Shown piece by piece: positions 7,969-17,469 of a stretch of DNA of 28,060 nucleotides. The stretch is from a virus (Duplodnaviria > Caudoviricetes). Under the pieces are notes generated by a model. It saw only the letters and a program-made list of their open reading frames with translations. It ran no database searches and was not told where the DNA came from. Each line of letters starts with the position of its first letter. The stretch's first letter is position 1. The stretch lies in the IMG/VR virus record IMGVR_UViG_3300031811_000008, positions 1 to 28,060 of that record. One strand, 5' to 3'. The translations under genes and the position numbers were made by a program.

Positions 7969-10647
7969 TTAGTACGTTCCTGTATCGGGGCCAACATAGC
8001 TGATCGCCGAATATACGTCGTTTTCCTCGACTCGGCCCGAGAGCAACGTCGCCCATCCCGATTGCGCTCGCTGTGCCGCGGTGGCGGTGTCGTAAACAGG
8101 GTAACCGGCGGCAACCACGCGCCCGACCGGCTTGTAATTGGGCGGCATCTCCTGAATCTCGAGCCGGATCTGCGCTGTCTCTACCTCGATCTTGATTCCG
8201 GTCACTTCCCACTTGATCGTATTAAGCCGCTTTAAACTCACCCCGGAAGCGTGCGCCACGGCAACCGTATTGCATTGGCCGCGGACGACAACGAAATCGG
8301 TCGTCGAGTAGTTAACCGAACTCACTTTAACAACCTCGAGGTCGTTCACGAGGACGAAATCGTTCGCCCGGAAGAGGGTATTCGTCGCACTCTCGAAGGC
8401 TGTCGACCCCGCGGTTTCCGAATTGGTGAGCGTGCCAAGCTTAACGGGGCGCTTCGAAGTCGGGAGCCAGGAGTGATCGAAAAAGCAGGCGTCGCCGAGT
8501 TCAACGTCGATGGCGTTTAAAAAGGTTGCGAACTCGACCGTCAACCGGCGCTCTGCCCGCCAATCCTGCAAGTGTGCAATCAGATTCGCCGCCGTGGTCG
8601 CGTCGCCGATAAGGTCGGAGCCATATCCGCCGACGTTGCGGAAGTCCTTGGTTTCCTCGCCGAGCGGGTTGGTCGTCTTGTAACGCAGCTGAGAGCGCTT
8701 CATTTCGCCAACGAGGTTCGGTCCTACGTAGTAGGTGGTGCCGGCGGCGTTGTCGTTCACGCCCCCAATTACGGCCGTGAGGCTTAAAACTGTTTCCGAG
8801 TCGATCGCCGAGACGGTGTAATCCTTGTCGCCGACCACGTAGCAAGAGTCGTTAACCTTTACCCCGTCGGTTACAAATGTCGCTGAGGCGTCGGTAAGCT
8901 TGGCCGTGGACGTTGAGGTCGAGCACGTCCCTGTAACCCGGTGGCGGCCGGAAGCTATCTCTATGGCCGAATACTCGTTCGTGCCGCGATCCTTGCGATA
9001 CTTGAGGACGACTTCGTTAATCAGATCCCGAACCGGGGTCTTGCCGAAATTGATATCGGGCTCCCAGTTCGCCCGCGGGGCCTCGGGATTCTTTACGGCG
9101 ATATGGGCGTCCTCAAGAAAGGTGTGCTCAGGGGTCCGCGACTTATCCATCGCGACCATTTTCCATTTGCCCTCAAACGACTTAAACAGGTGCATCCCCG
9201 CTTCTGTGCAATAGCGATTGAGCCAGCCGATATCGTCGACGATCTTGTCCTCGGAAAAGCGGAAGCTCCACCCGGTTCGTGCTGTGGCCGCTGTGGCGAC
9301 CGCTGTCGCGTCAACGTCGGCGGTGCCAAGCTCCATGAGCGCTTTACCGCGAAGGCCAGCCGCCAGGACGTGAGCGGGGTTGTCGAGCGGATCCCCCGAA
9401 TTGTCGATCACGGCCCCGTCTTCGTAATTGGCGGCGAGGTCTTCCCACCCGGTTACTTTTTGGTGAACGCTGAGGGCCTGCCGGTCCGAGGTCAACTGGT
9501 CGTCGTACGTGATCTCGAGGTAAATCTGTTCCAGGGTCGGATTATCGCCGTGGCCGGCGATTCGCACCTCGTAGAGTTCGAAATCCCAATCGTCGGCGTG
9601 ATCGGTCGCGGCGTCGATTAGGGTAATAGTCTGGTCGCCGGAAACCGAGGCGTTCGAGAAGATCGAGGCCCCGTTGTAAAGGATATCGTAGCCGTAGCTC
9701 AGGGCCGGCGCGGAGTTTATCTGTATCAGCGCCGAGACAATGGTTCCAAGCTTCGGAACGCCGCCGATCGTAACGTCGAGGTTCGCGCCAGCGCCCACAA
9801 CGACCGAGGTCGCCGCGTCGCCGTCGAACACCTTCGGGTAGTCGGTCACGTCGTTTGTGCCCGACGGCAAGACGGGATAAAGCCGCATGGAACGGCGGGC
9901 GTCGTCGATTGAAACGATTTCGGCGGCCTGAGTGTAGCTGGCGACCGGAATCTCGGCGTAGCGCTTGGCCGCCTCGTAATACTGGTAGGGCGTGCCGTAT
10001 ACGTCGCACCGCTTCCCCGGCGTGAACTCTCTTAAAAACCCGTTGGTACATCGGCACGGCGCCAGGAAGGCGAAAGCGCCGGCGTCGTCGTGCGGTCCCA
10101 CGTTTAAAGCGCCCACGGCCCACGGAATCGGCTTGGCGTATTGATCGTAAGGGGCGTCGGGATAGTCGACGAGGTTGACGATATCCCGCGGAATCGAATC
10201 GAAATCCTTATCCGTGCCGTCGATCCCGTCGAGGAGCCAAGCGCGTATGTCGAACGGGGTGTCCTCAATAAACGATTTCGCTATTTGAACGGCGTCGGAT
10301 TTGACTTCCGCCCCGGTCACAAACCCGAGGTAAACCCGCATGATATCGTTTTCGAGGAAATAGGTATCGGTCACGTTGGACTCGACGGTTTCGTTTCGGA
10401 TGGCCGCCTGAACGGTAGCCACCGAAGCTAACCCGCCGCCCGTGCGGATTCGGTCCCACGACAGACGTAATCCGGTGGGCGTAAAAAAGTCGAGGTACGC
10501 ATTCGCGGAGAGGGTGTATTTTCGCGAACCGTAATACAACGTGACCGAAGCCTCGTCCGGCGAGTCGGCGTCGATCTCGAGAAGCCAGACAATCGAGGTT
10601 GCGTTTTTGACCTTCTCGGCCAGCGCCAGCGCGGAGAGCGTTTTCAC
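7969..10647 (-). CDS. Tail tip / baseplate hub protein
   Basis: 892 aa after Dit; KPIPWAVG, DNPAHVL, INEVVLKY, SQLRY and VELGD motifs typical of tip/hub proteins, with inserted beta domains. Confidence 0.8.
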   Translation of the reverse strand: MKTLSALALAEKVKNATSIVWLLEIDADSPDEASVTLYYGSRKYTLSANAYLDFFTPTGLRLSWDRIRTGGGLASVATVQAAIRNETVESNVTDTYFLENDIMRVYLGFVTGAEVKSDAVQIAKSFIEDTPFDIRAWLLDGIDGTDKDFDSIPRDIVNLVDYPDAPYDQYAKPIPWAVGALNVGPHDDAGAFAFLAPCRCTNGFLREFTPGKRCDVYGTPYQYYEAAKRYAEIPVASYTQAAEIVSIDDARRSMRLYPVLPSGTNDVTDYPKVFDGDAATSVVVGAGANLDVTIGGVPKLGTIVSALIQINSAPALSYGYDILYNGASIFSNASVSGDQTITLIDAATDHADDWDFELYEVRIAGHGDNPTLEQIYLEITYDDQLTSDRQALSVHQKVTGWEDLAANYEDGAVIDNSGDPLDNPAHVLAAGLRGKALMELGTADVDATAVATAATARTGWSFRFSEDKIVDDIGWLNRYCTEAGMHLFKSFEGKWKMVAMDKSRTPEHTFLEDAHIAVKNPEAPRANWEPDINFGKTPVRDLINEVVLKYRKDRGTNEYSAIEIASGRHRVTGTCSTSTSTAKLTDASATFVTDGVKVNDSCYVVGDKDYTVSAIDSETVLSLTAVIGGVNDNAAGTTYYVGPNLVGEMKRSQLRYKTTNPLGEETKDFRNVGGYGSDLIGDATTAANLIAHLQDWRAERRLTVEFATFLNAIDVELGDACFFDHSWLPTSKRPVKLGTLTNSETAGSTAFESATNTLFRANDFVLVNDLEVVKVSSVNYSTTDFVVVRGQCNTVAVAHASGVSLKRLNTIKWEVTGIKIEVETAQIRLEIQEMPPNYKPVGRVVAAGYPVYDTATAAQRAQSGWATLLSGRVEENDVYSAISYVGPDTGTY

Positions 10648-11021
10648 GCGGACATATCTTTCGAAAGGCGAATCGCGCCGGTCCAGAGATTGTTATTCCG
10701 GCGGAAGCTCTCAAGGCCGCTTATGCAGTGCATGGAGGTAAACGCGGTTCCGTTCGAGTCGGTGAACGTGAACGGAAGCGACGCCCACTTGACGGTATCC
10801 TGTATGAAGTCCCTCAGGGCCTCGAAATCGGTATTGTCGAGCCGATAGCTTACGATCATGTCAATATGATCGGTCGACCCGTCGCCAAGGTCTGCCGTCT
10901 TCACGGCGCCGCCCATCGTGCGCCCGACGAGCATCGGATAGGACTCGCCCGGGTCTTCGGGGAACAGGTGATCCGCAATGGAAACGATCGGAGCCGAGAG
11001 GTCGTTGAAGGTTGAAGCCAT
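10644..11021 (-). CDS. Distal tail protein (Dit / lambda M-like)
   Basis: 125 aa directly after the tape measure; RTMGG...ALRDF....PFTFTD pattern. Confidence 0.7.
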   Translation of the reverse strand: MASTFNDLSAPIVSIADHLFPEDPGESYPMLVGRTMGGAVKTADLGDGSTDHIDMIVSYRLDNTDFEALRDFIQDTVKWASLPFTFTDSNGTAFTSMHCISGLESFRRNNNLWTGAIRLSKDMSA

Positions 11022-11022
11022 T

Positions 11023-14000
11023 TTAGTTCGTCGCCTCGAGGTCGTTGACGGTGCCGGATTTGTCGACCGTGTAGGTCGGCGTCACGGGCGGCCGTCGCCG
11101 CATTGCGCTTTGAACCTTGCTCACCGATTCGGCCAAGTCGTCGAGCCGCAAGCGGTTGTCGTGCGACTCGCCCGAAGTCCGGTTTCCGCCCGAGCGGGCG
11201 ACCACTCCCTCGATAATGCCCTCAAGTCCGCTGAGGTCGACGATATCGCTTATGGAGATACGCCGCGGGTTTCCGGTGACTCGGATAATGTCGTTCAGGT
11301 CGACGGTGATCCGGCCCGCTGCCGAGACATCCAGTACGTCCGCCCAGTGGCCGAGGGTCTGCCGGTTGTTCGTAGTAAACTCGACGGTTCGCGCCCAATC
11401 TCGTTCGTAGCGTTTAAGGTCGGCCGGAATGTCAACCAGATTCCCCCAATGGCTCGGGCGGTGCCGGTATTCAGTTTCGACGTTCATCTGCACGGCCCGA
11501 TACCAAGGGCGCTCGTAAGCTTTGAGCGTGCTTGGTATGTCCACCATATTGCCCCAGTGCGTCGGCTTATGTCGCAACTGCTCGTTGACAACCATATCGA
11601 CCGCATGGGACCACGGAATCTCAATCGGCGTAGTTGCGGACAGGTCGACGATATTCGAGAAAGTCTCGGGGCCTGGAATGCTGCCGACGCCCAAGCTTTG
11701 CCGCCCGCCGCCCGGGCCTGCGGCGTCAAGGTCGGCGAGCGCCTTCCCAGCGGGCGTGGGGCCGCTGCCGCCACGGTTTTTGGCATGGGTTGCCTGCTTG
11801 AGGGCTGCCGTTTCCGCGCGTTGAAGCGCGTCGATAGAGTCCTTTAAGCCGGAAAATACTTGGGCCTGCGCGTGAACGTCGCCCCCGGCGCCGGCAAAAG
11901 CGCTTTGAGCCTGCCGGCGTAGCCCCATCTCGCGAGCGTCGAACGTCTGGGATACGGCCCGTTGAAGCGGGTTTAAATTCTCAACCGCCTTGGCTGCGGC
12001 GTCGGAAACGTCTTCGAAGCTGTCGCGGATAGAAAACATGCGGCGAATCGCGTCTTCGATCGGGGTTCCCCTGCCGAACGCTGTTTCTATTCCCGCTCGT
12101 ATTTCGTCGAGGTTGAGCCCGGCGATAAACTGCGCCTGCCGCCCTGGACCCGCTCGCGTCTTGCCGTCATTGAGGCCCCGAGCCTGGGTTCCGATCTGCT
12201 CGATGAAGCTGTTTAAATCAGTTACGAAGCCCTCAGCCTTGCCGAAGTTGTCGCCGCGGAACTCGCGGAACAGGTCAAGCAAGGGCTGGACTGCGTCGAG
12301 TTGCACGCGCCGCACCTCGACCGCGAACTCGCCGCCGAGGGAAAGGCCAACTTGGTTCAGCGCTTCAATCTGCTCGCGAAGGGCGCGGTTCGTCTCCGCG
12401 ATGCTGTCTTGATACTTGGCGTGCTGGTCGCCGCTCTCGCCCAGAAGCCCGATTACGCCAGTGATCCCGGCCGCCAAGGCGCTCAAGGGATTTCCACTGA
12501 TTGCCAGCGCCGCCGCGTCGAAGAAGGTCGAGAATTCGGGAACAAGCTGTTTCATTCCCGCCACTCCGATATTGATAGCGCGATTTAAATCACGTTGCGA
12601 GCGCGCCTCCTCTGCTCGCGCTTTGGCGTTGTCCGCCCGAAGAAGCTTATCGGCAATCGCGTTTGCCTTGGCCTGCTCATGCAAGGCCGCGCGGGTATCG
12701 AAGCGAATCAATTCGGCGCTGTGAACCTGCTTTAAGAAGCCGAGCTCAGTCTCCGAGCTCCCCGCCCGATCCGCCTGCGAAAATTCGAATTCCTGCCGCA
12801 CCCTGAGAAGGTTCCGCTCGCTGGTAGCCAGCGCTTCGGCTTCCCGCTGCATAAGCTGCCGGTTGTCGTCCGACATCCCCTGCCCGCCGGCCGCGAGGCC
12901 AGTTAAAAGCCGCTGGTCTGCGAGGGATCGAGGGGCGCCGCCGCCGGTGTCCAGGGCGCCGCCACGAAGCCCCGAATTGCTGCGATGAAAAAAGGCCGCG
13001 CTGGTATCGGGGCTCTTTATGTTAAATCGCTTGGCGCCGGAAATCTCTGGGAACCCCGCGGAGCCGAACCCGGATGGCCCTCTGACCGCCTCGGCGATAG
13101 CGCCGCCAAGCGCCCGCATGGAATCTTGGCCGCCCGAGAGCACCCGCCGCCCTTCGGCGGGATCGGTGAGAGCCTTAATCAGCGAACTTCCCGGGTCCAA
13201 TGGGGAAGGCGCGTTAAAAGACATAACCCCGGGAGAGCTTTCGAGCCTGCGGGCTCGGGAAAGGGCTGCTATATCCGCGTCTTGCTCGGATCGAGGCCCT
13301 TCCCGGTCGGGGGCGTTTATCGTGCTCGCCACGGAAACCATAGCCTCGCCGAGCGTCTTCGTAAGTCCGATACTTTCGTTCAGGTTGGATATATAAAGGC
13401 CAATCGCATTATTGAGGACCGTCCAGCCGCTCGACACGGTTACTTCCATCTTGCCGAATTCTTCTTGTACGGTCTTCCCCTGCGACTGTAGCGCCTCGAT
13501 CACCTGTAGCGCCGTAATCTTGCCCTCTGCGCCAAGAGCGCGAAGCTTCCCTATCGGAACCCCCATTCCCGCGGCGATCGCCTGTGCGAGCCGTGGGGCC
13601 TGCTCGAGGACCGAATTCAGTTCCTCGCCACGGAGCACGCCGGACGCGAGGCCCTGCCCAAGCTGGACAATAGCCGCGTTGGCCGATTCCGCGGAGCCGC
13701 CCGAGATAATTAGCGCTTGGTTCACCGTCTCGAGGACGCGGCCGAGTTCCTCTTGAGAGAGCTTTAACTCCTTGTTGGCGATCGAGAAACGCTGGTAAAG
13801 CTCGACGGTGCCGCCGACGGCCGAACGGGTCCGCTGAGATATCTTAAAAAGCCGCTCCTGAACCTCTGCGGTTTCCTTGGCCGAGGAGGTAAACAGCTTT
13901 ATCCGGTTTTCGTATCCCTTCCAGGCGTCGGCAACCTGTATTGCTTGGCGGGCCATCTGGGCGCCCACGGCAACGCCCATGAGCCCGCCTATCGTACGTA

Positions 14001-14130
14001 AAAGCGGGGCCATTCGAGAAAGCGTCCCGCGAACCCCCTGGAGGTTGCGGTCGACCGTCTCGACGCCCCGATTCACATCGCGCCCGTCCCATCTGGCGCG
14101 AACCTTTACGTCAACTGTGGTTGCGACCAA
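11023..14130 (-). CDS. Tail tape measure protein
   Basis: 1035 aa; ADAW...NRIKL..LFKISQRTR, QLGQGLASGVLRGEELNSVLEQAPRLAQAIA is the classic tape-measure N-terminal domain. Confidence 0.95.
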   Translation of the reverse strand: MVATTVDVKVRARWDGRDVNRGVETVDRNLQGVRGTLSRMAPLLRTIGGLMGVAVGAQMARQAIQVADAWKGYENRIKLFTSSAKETAEVQERLFKISQRTRSAVGGTVELYQRFSIANKELKLSQEELGRVLETVNQALIISGGSAESANAAIVQLGQGLASGVLRGEELNSVLEQAPRLAQAIAAGMGVPIGKLRALGAEGKITALQVIEALQSQGKTVQEEFGKMEVTVSSGWTVLNNAIGLYISNLNESIGLTKTLGEAMVSVASTINAPDREGPRSEQDADIAALSRARRLESSPGVMSFNAPSPLDPGSSLIKALTDPAEGRRVLSGGQDSMRALGGAIAEAVRGPSGFGSAGFPEISGAKRFNIKSPDTSAAFFHRSNSGLRGGALDTGGGAPRSLADQRLLTGLAAGGQGMSDDNRQLMQREAEALATSERNLLRVRQEFEFSQADRAGSSETELGFLKQVHSAELIRFDTRAALHEQAKANAIADKLLRADNAKARAEEARSQRDLNRAINIGVAGMKQLVPEFSTFFDAAALAISGNPLSALAAGITGVIGLLGESGDQHAKYQDSIAETNRALREQIEALNQVGLSLGGEFAVEVRRVQLDAVQPLLDLFREFRGDNFGKAEGFVTDLNSFIEQIGTQARGLNDGKTRAGPGRQAQFIAGLNLDEIRAGIETAFGRGTPIEDAIRRMFSIRDSFEDVSDAAAKAVENLNPLQRAVSQTFDAREMGLRRQAQSAFAGAGGDVHAQAQVFSGLKDSIDALQRAETAALKQATHAKNRGGSGPTPAGKALADLDAAGPGGGRQSLGVGSIPGPETFSNIVDLSATTPIEIPWSHAVDMVVNEQLRHKPTHWGNMVDIPSTLKAYERPWYRAVQMNVETEYRHRPSHWGNLVDIPADLKRYERDWARTVEFTTNNRQTLGHWADVLDVSAAGRITVDLNDIIRVTGNPRRISISDIVDLSGLEGIIEGVVARSGGNRTSGESHDNRLRLDDLAESVSKVQSAMRRRPPVTPTYTVDKSGTVNDLEATN
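11320..11616 (-). repeat. 36-aa (108-bp) tandem protein repeat, about 2.7 copies, in the tape measure C-terminus
   Basis: PWSHAVDM..RHKPTHWGNMVDIPSTLKAYER / PWYRAVQM..RHRPSHWGNLVDIPADLKRYER / DWARTVEF..HWADVLDV. Confidence 0.85.
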
Positions 14131-14446
14131 CTAAAGCCTTTACTTCCTCGCGCTTCTTATCGTCCCAAATGCGCGTATAGCCGTGAACAAACTTAATCGT
14201 CTCAATCTGCTTGAACGTGAGTTCCTCGCCACTTGAAATCCCTAGTTCGTGCTCGACCAAGTAGTTTAAAGCGAAGTCGAACAGGGGCTCGACGACGTGA
14301 AGCTCGCGGTATTCGTCAGATTGAAGCGGGCATTCGTCGCACGGGGCCGACTCCTCAGGGTAGAAGTCGCATTCCCCGCCGATACAGTCGGGCCAATCCC
14401 CCTGAGTCCGTTCCCTATGGGCGCGGACGGCCCGTTTTAGTTTCCC
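14111..14446 (-). CDS. Tail assembly chaperone frameshift extension (gpT part of a gpGT fusion, 14793->14111)
   Basis: About 110-codon open -1 frame lacking its own start (KLKRAVRAHRERTQGDWPDCIGGECDF..CDECP..VGRNHS*) that fills the gap to the tape measure. Confidence 0.85.
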   Translation of the reverse strand, partial: GKLKRAVRAHRERTQGDWPDCIGGECDFYPEESAPCDECPLQSDEYRELHVVEPLFDFALNYLVEHELGISSGEELTFKQIETIKFVHGYTRIWDDKKREEVKALVGRNHS

Positions 14447-14793
14447 ACTTCTTCATCGCTGAGGGTCGCCTTCTCTTCGAAAAACAGGGCGAATGAGAGC
14501 TTCCAGTTCGCCGGGATCTTCTGCCGCCAATCGGCGGTGTCCGGCGTGAGGGGCTGCCCGTCGTCGCCTTCGACGTTTTCGACGCGAATACAAGTCGAGT
14601 TGAAAAACCCGACGCGAGCCTCGTACGACTTGTCCTTTACCTGCCCGCCACGGCCGACGGTGTTCCGACCGAGAGCAAGCTTCTTGATTGCCGCGGCCAT
14701 CTCAGGGTTAGCGTATCCCGGGAAGACGGCGCGAACTTCCTCGTCGCCTATCAGGATTCCGACTTTAACCTCGTCCGACAAACGTACAGCCAT
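14437..14793 (-). CDS. Tail assembly chaperone (gpG-like)
   Basis: 118 aa from ATG 14793 with GGAGG RBS; ends EEVGN*; lies between tube and tape measure. Confidence 0.85.
   Translation of the reverse strand: MAVRLSDEVKVGILIGDEEVRAVFPGYANPEMAAAIKKLALGRNTVGRGGQVKDKSYEARVGFFNSTCIRVENVEGDDGQPLTPDTADWRQKIPANWKLSFALFFEEKATLSDEEVGN
14440..14446 (-). promoter_or_regulatory. -1 programmed ribosomal frameshift slippery site G-GGA-AAC
   Basis: XXXYYYZ heptamer in the correct phase immediately before the chaperone TAA. Confidence 0.85.
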
Positions 14794-14797
14794 GATT

Positions 14798-15115
14798 CTA
14801 ACCTCCTGCGTGGAGTGAAGGGTTCCAGCGGCCCTCGATGGCCGCGAGCTTCCGCTGAACACATAACAGCGCAAGCCTAGTACTTTCCTGCATGTCGCCG
14901 GCGGTGCGTCTCAGCTGGCGCCTAAGCGCCCTCTGGGACGATTCCAGCGTCGAACGCCGGCAAGTGAACATTACCTCGCCGGTGACCTTCTCGAAAACTA
15001 CGTTGTAAACGTCCTCGTATCGGTGGTCGACCGATACGAGCCTATTCCTCGCTGGTCGGCGCTTCCACTGCCGCGGCGGGCGTCCTTGCCCGCTTGATCG
15101 CGTCGAGCTTTGCAT
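14798..15115 (-). CDS. Hypothetical protein, apparent paralogue of 15042-15290 (start uncertain)
   Basis: Shares HRY.DVY and V..KL.AI with the upstream gene and fills the intergenic gap; the only ATG upstream of the shared motif lies 74 bp inside the previous gene. Confidence 0.55.
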   Translation of the reverse strand: MQSSTRSSGQGRPPRQWKRRPARNRLVSVDHRYEDVYNVVFEKVTGEVMFTCRRSTLESSQRALRRQLRRTAGDMQESTRLALLCVQRKLAAIEGRWNPSLHAGG

Positions 15116-15290
15116 TGACTACCGAAAGCTGCTTAAGGGCCGAATCGCTGCCGTCTACTTCTAGGCTGGCGATCGCGACCTCGAGCCCTTTGACCGAGTG
15201 CGAAAGCGAAAGCGTGCCGTTCGAGCATTCGTATACGTCGCCGTATCGGTGCTCGGCCTTCCACGCGCTGCCGGTGCTCTTTTTGTTCAC
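15042..15290 (-). CDS. Hypothetical protein
   Basis: 82 aa from GTG 15290 with AAGGGG RBS. Confidence 0.7.
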   Translation of the reverse strand: MNKKSTGSAWKAEHRYGDVYECSNGTLSLSHSVKGLEVAIASLEVDGSDSALKQLSVVNAKLDAIKRARTPAAAVEAPTSEE

Positions 15291-15336
15291 GTTTGCCCCT
15301 TTCCGAAATGGCGTAAGTAAGGCCCATGAGTCCAAC

Positions 15337-16422
15337 TTAGGCCATGTAAGCCGCTTCCTCGTTGAACACGTCGAAATAAACGCTCTCGAACGTGCCGGCC
15401 GCGTCTTCCATGATCTGCCAAGTTGTCCGATTGACAAGCGAACCGTTGTCGTCGGCGACTTCCAGGGTCAACAGCTGCATAATCGGGAAAATCAGATTGA
15501 AGCCGTGAAAGTATCCCGCGTCGGTTCCCGAGACGGCGCCGCGGACCATGAGTTCGAACGCATACGCGGTCTGATTTTTCAGCGCCGTTATATAGGTGTC
15601 GTCGCTGTAGTCGAAATCGATCGTAAGGGTCTGGTTGCGGCCCGAACGCTCGCCCAAGGCCAGGACGTTGCCGCCGCCGACGCGATACAGATCGTCAGGG
15701 TTTACGCCGTTGTCGAAATCCCACGTAATCGAGCGGCATATCGAGGCGATATCCGTCGGGCTGGTAAGGTCCGACGTGGTGGTATCCAAGTCTTGCGAGC
15801 GACTGCCCGCCGTTGCCTTGCCGCCCGCGACGGCGGTATCGTCCAGCCAGACGCCCGCGGTTGCCGCGTTAAGCTGCGTCTCGGTGGGTTCGGTCATTGC
15901 CGCCCCGCCGGCCGCGGTCGTCCCAGAGCCGATGATATTGGCGCTCAGGTTGACCATTCGGTTCGCGCCACGGTTCACGGACAGAGAGAATCCGCCAATG
16001 AGCCCGCCGGCGTACTCGGTTTTGACCGAGGCCGTTTTCCAGGCTTCGAACGTAAACGAGGACATCGTTCCGTCGTTCGATACTGGCGTGCAAGCGTGGT
16101 GATAAACCACGGTGGCCGGGGTCGACGTATCGGCCAAGGCCGAGGCGACCGCGCCGAGTCCGAAAGCGCCGACGAAGCCGAGCGCAAACGGCTTTACGCG
16201 ATTTATCCCGAGGTCGAAGGCTACGCTCTGCGCGAAGACAACGGCGTCGGTGGCTTCCTCGCTCCCGCCCACTTTGTCGGCGTCGGAAATCACCTGCAAG
16301 GACTCCTGCGGAACGCTGCCGAGGTTCACGAGGATTCGATTGTCTACGGTCTGCGCCGTGTCGTACGCGGTTTCCTTCGCGGCGCTCGCTACCTGTATGA
16401 CTAAGTTTTTGGCAAGAGCCAT
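15337..16422 (-). CDS. Major tail (tube) protein
   Basis: 361 aa; KETAYDT N-terminal motif, YHH..TP, SFTFE, beta-rich; strong RBS; canonical position. Confidence 0.85.
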   Translation of the reverse strand: MALAKNLVIQVASAAKETAYDTAQTVDNRILVNLGSVPQESLQVISDADKVGGSEEATDAVVFAQSVAFDLGINRVKPFALGFVGAFGLGAVASALADTSTPATVVYHHACTPVSNDGTMSSFTFEAWKTASVKTEYAGGLIGGFSLSVNRGANRMVNLSANIIGSGTTAAGGAAMTEPTETQLNAATAGVWLDDTAVAGGKATAGSRSQDLDTTTSDLTSPTDIASICRSITWDFDNGVNPDDLYRVGGGNVLALGERSGRNQTLTIDFDYSDDTYITALKNQTAYAFELMVRGAVSGTDAGYFHGFNLIFPIMQLLTLEVADDNGSLVNRTTWQIMEDAAGTFESVYFDVFNEEAAYMA

Positions 16423-16434
16423 TTCCTCATCTCC

Positions 16435-16950
16435 CTAATCAATGGTTATAGTGAAGTCGATAGAAACCGAAAAGGTTAAAACGGCGACGCCTCGAATGGC
16501 GTTTCCCTCGACCGGACCCTCTGTAATGGCCGTCCCAAGTGCTTGCACGACTACCGACCCCGGGACGGACTCGAGAAGGTCGGTTGTAACGTCGCTGAGT
16601 TGCTTTGTCGGGTCGTGCTGTTGCTGCATAACTCGTTCCACGCGAGCCGCATACGCCTTGACGGATTTCTCCACGTTCGTTTTGCGCCCGCCGTCGGTGA
16701 TAACCCAGACGGTAACGGCGAAGACGCGACGGTCAGCCCCGAGCGCCGCCTCGTCCTGGGCGGAAAAGTCGCAGGTGGCGGCGATACACGGAAGCTCATT
16801 CTCGTTATACATCCCGTTGTCGCGGAGTTCCTGCTCCCACGTCGTAACGTCGAGGGCGCCGGCGTCGGCGAGCTTGGTGTCGAGTTCGATCGCTTCGAGG
16901 ACGTGTTCGGCAATGACATTGTAATAGTCGTCCGTTTGGTACGCGGTCAC
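16435..16950 (-). CDS. Putative tail terminator/completion protein
   Basis: 171 aa, ELPCI motif, directly before the tube gene. Confidence 0.65.
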   Translation of the reverse strand: MTAYQTDDYYNVIAEHVLEAIELDTKLADAGALDVTTWEQELRDNGMYNENELPCIAATCDFSAQDEAALGADRRVFAVTVWVITDGGRKTNVEKSVKAYAARVERVMQQQHDPTKQLSDVTTDLLESVPGSVVVQALGTAITEGPVEGNAIRGVAVLTFSVSIDFTITID

Positions 16951-17468
16951 TTTAAGCCCCTTTGGAGCCGGCGAAGCGCGATGTTGACAAGCTCCTTGGC
17001 GTCCTTGGGCGTGAAAAACAGAAACGGTCGCATCTCGGCTTGCTCCGCGGCATAGCTAAGATTCGGGTTCCCGAGGATAAGCCGGTCTTTGGTCATTTGG
17101 AGCACGAGAGCGGCGTTTGCGCGCAACGTCCCCAGGTCTTGGACTACCGAGTCGCCGACCTTGACGCGAGCGCCTGAGGCCCGTTTCCGGCCCTTTACGT
17201 TGCCGCTGCCGTGAACCTTGGAAACGCCGCCCCATGCCGGCACGGTGACGCCGTCGGTTTTGCGGGTATATTGCGGCGCGAAGTAGTCCCACGAGACGCC
17301 GCGGTAGGTGCCGCCGAAGCGAAGGCGCTTAAAGGTGTTGTCGGTTACGGTTCGCATGTATTGGGCGAACTCACGGAAGACCGGGCGCACGTCGCCGCCG
17401 AGGTTTTCCTCGACCGTATCGAGTAGCTGCTTGAGCTTCTTATCCTCGAGCGTGAACCGGGCGACCAT
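16947..17468 (-). CDS. Virion morphogenesis / tail completion protein (Mu gpG / P2 gpS-like)
   Basis: W...APQY, DLGTLR, NLSYAA and RPFL motifs. Confidence 0.8.
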   Translation of the reverse strand: MVARFTLEDKKLKQLLDTVEENLGGDVRPVFREFAQYMRTVTDNTFKRLRFGGTYRGVSWDYFAPQYTRKTDGVTVPAWGGVSKVHGSGNVKGRKRASGARVKVGDSVVQDLGTLRANAALVLQMTKDRLILGNPNLSYAAEQAEMRPFLFFTPKDAKELVNIALRRLQRGLK

Positions 17469-17469
17469 G

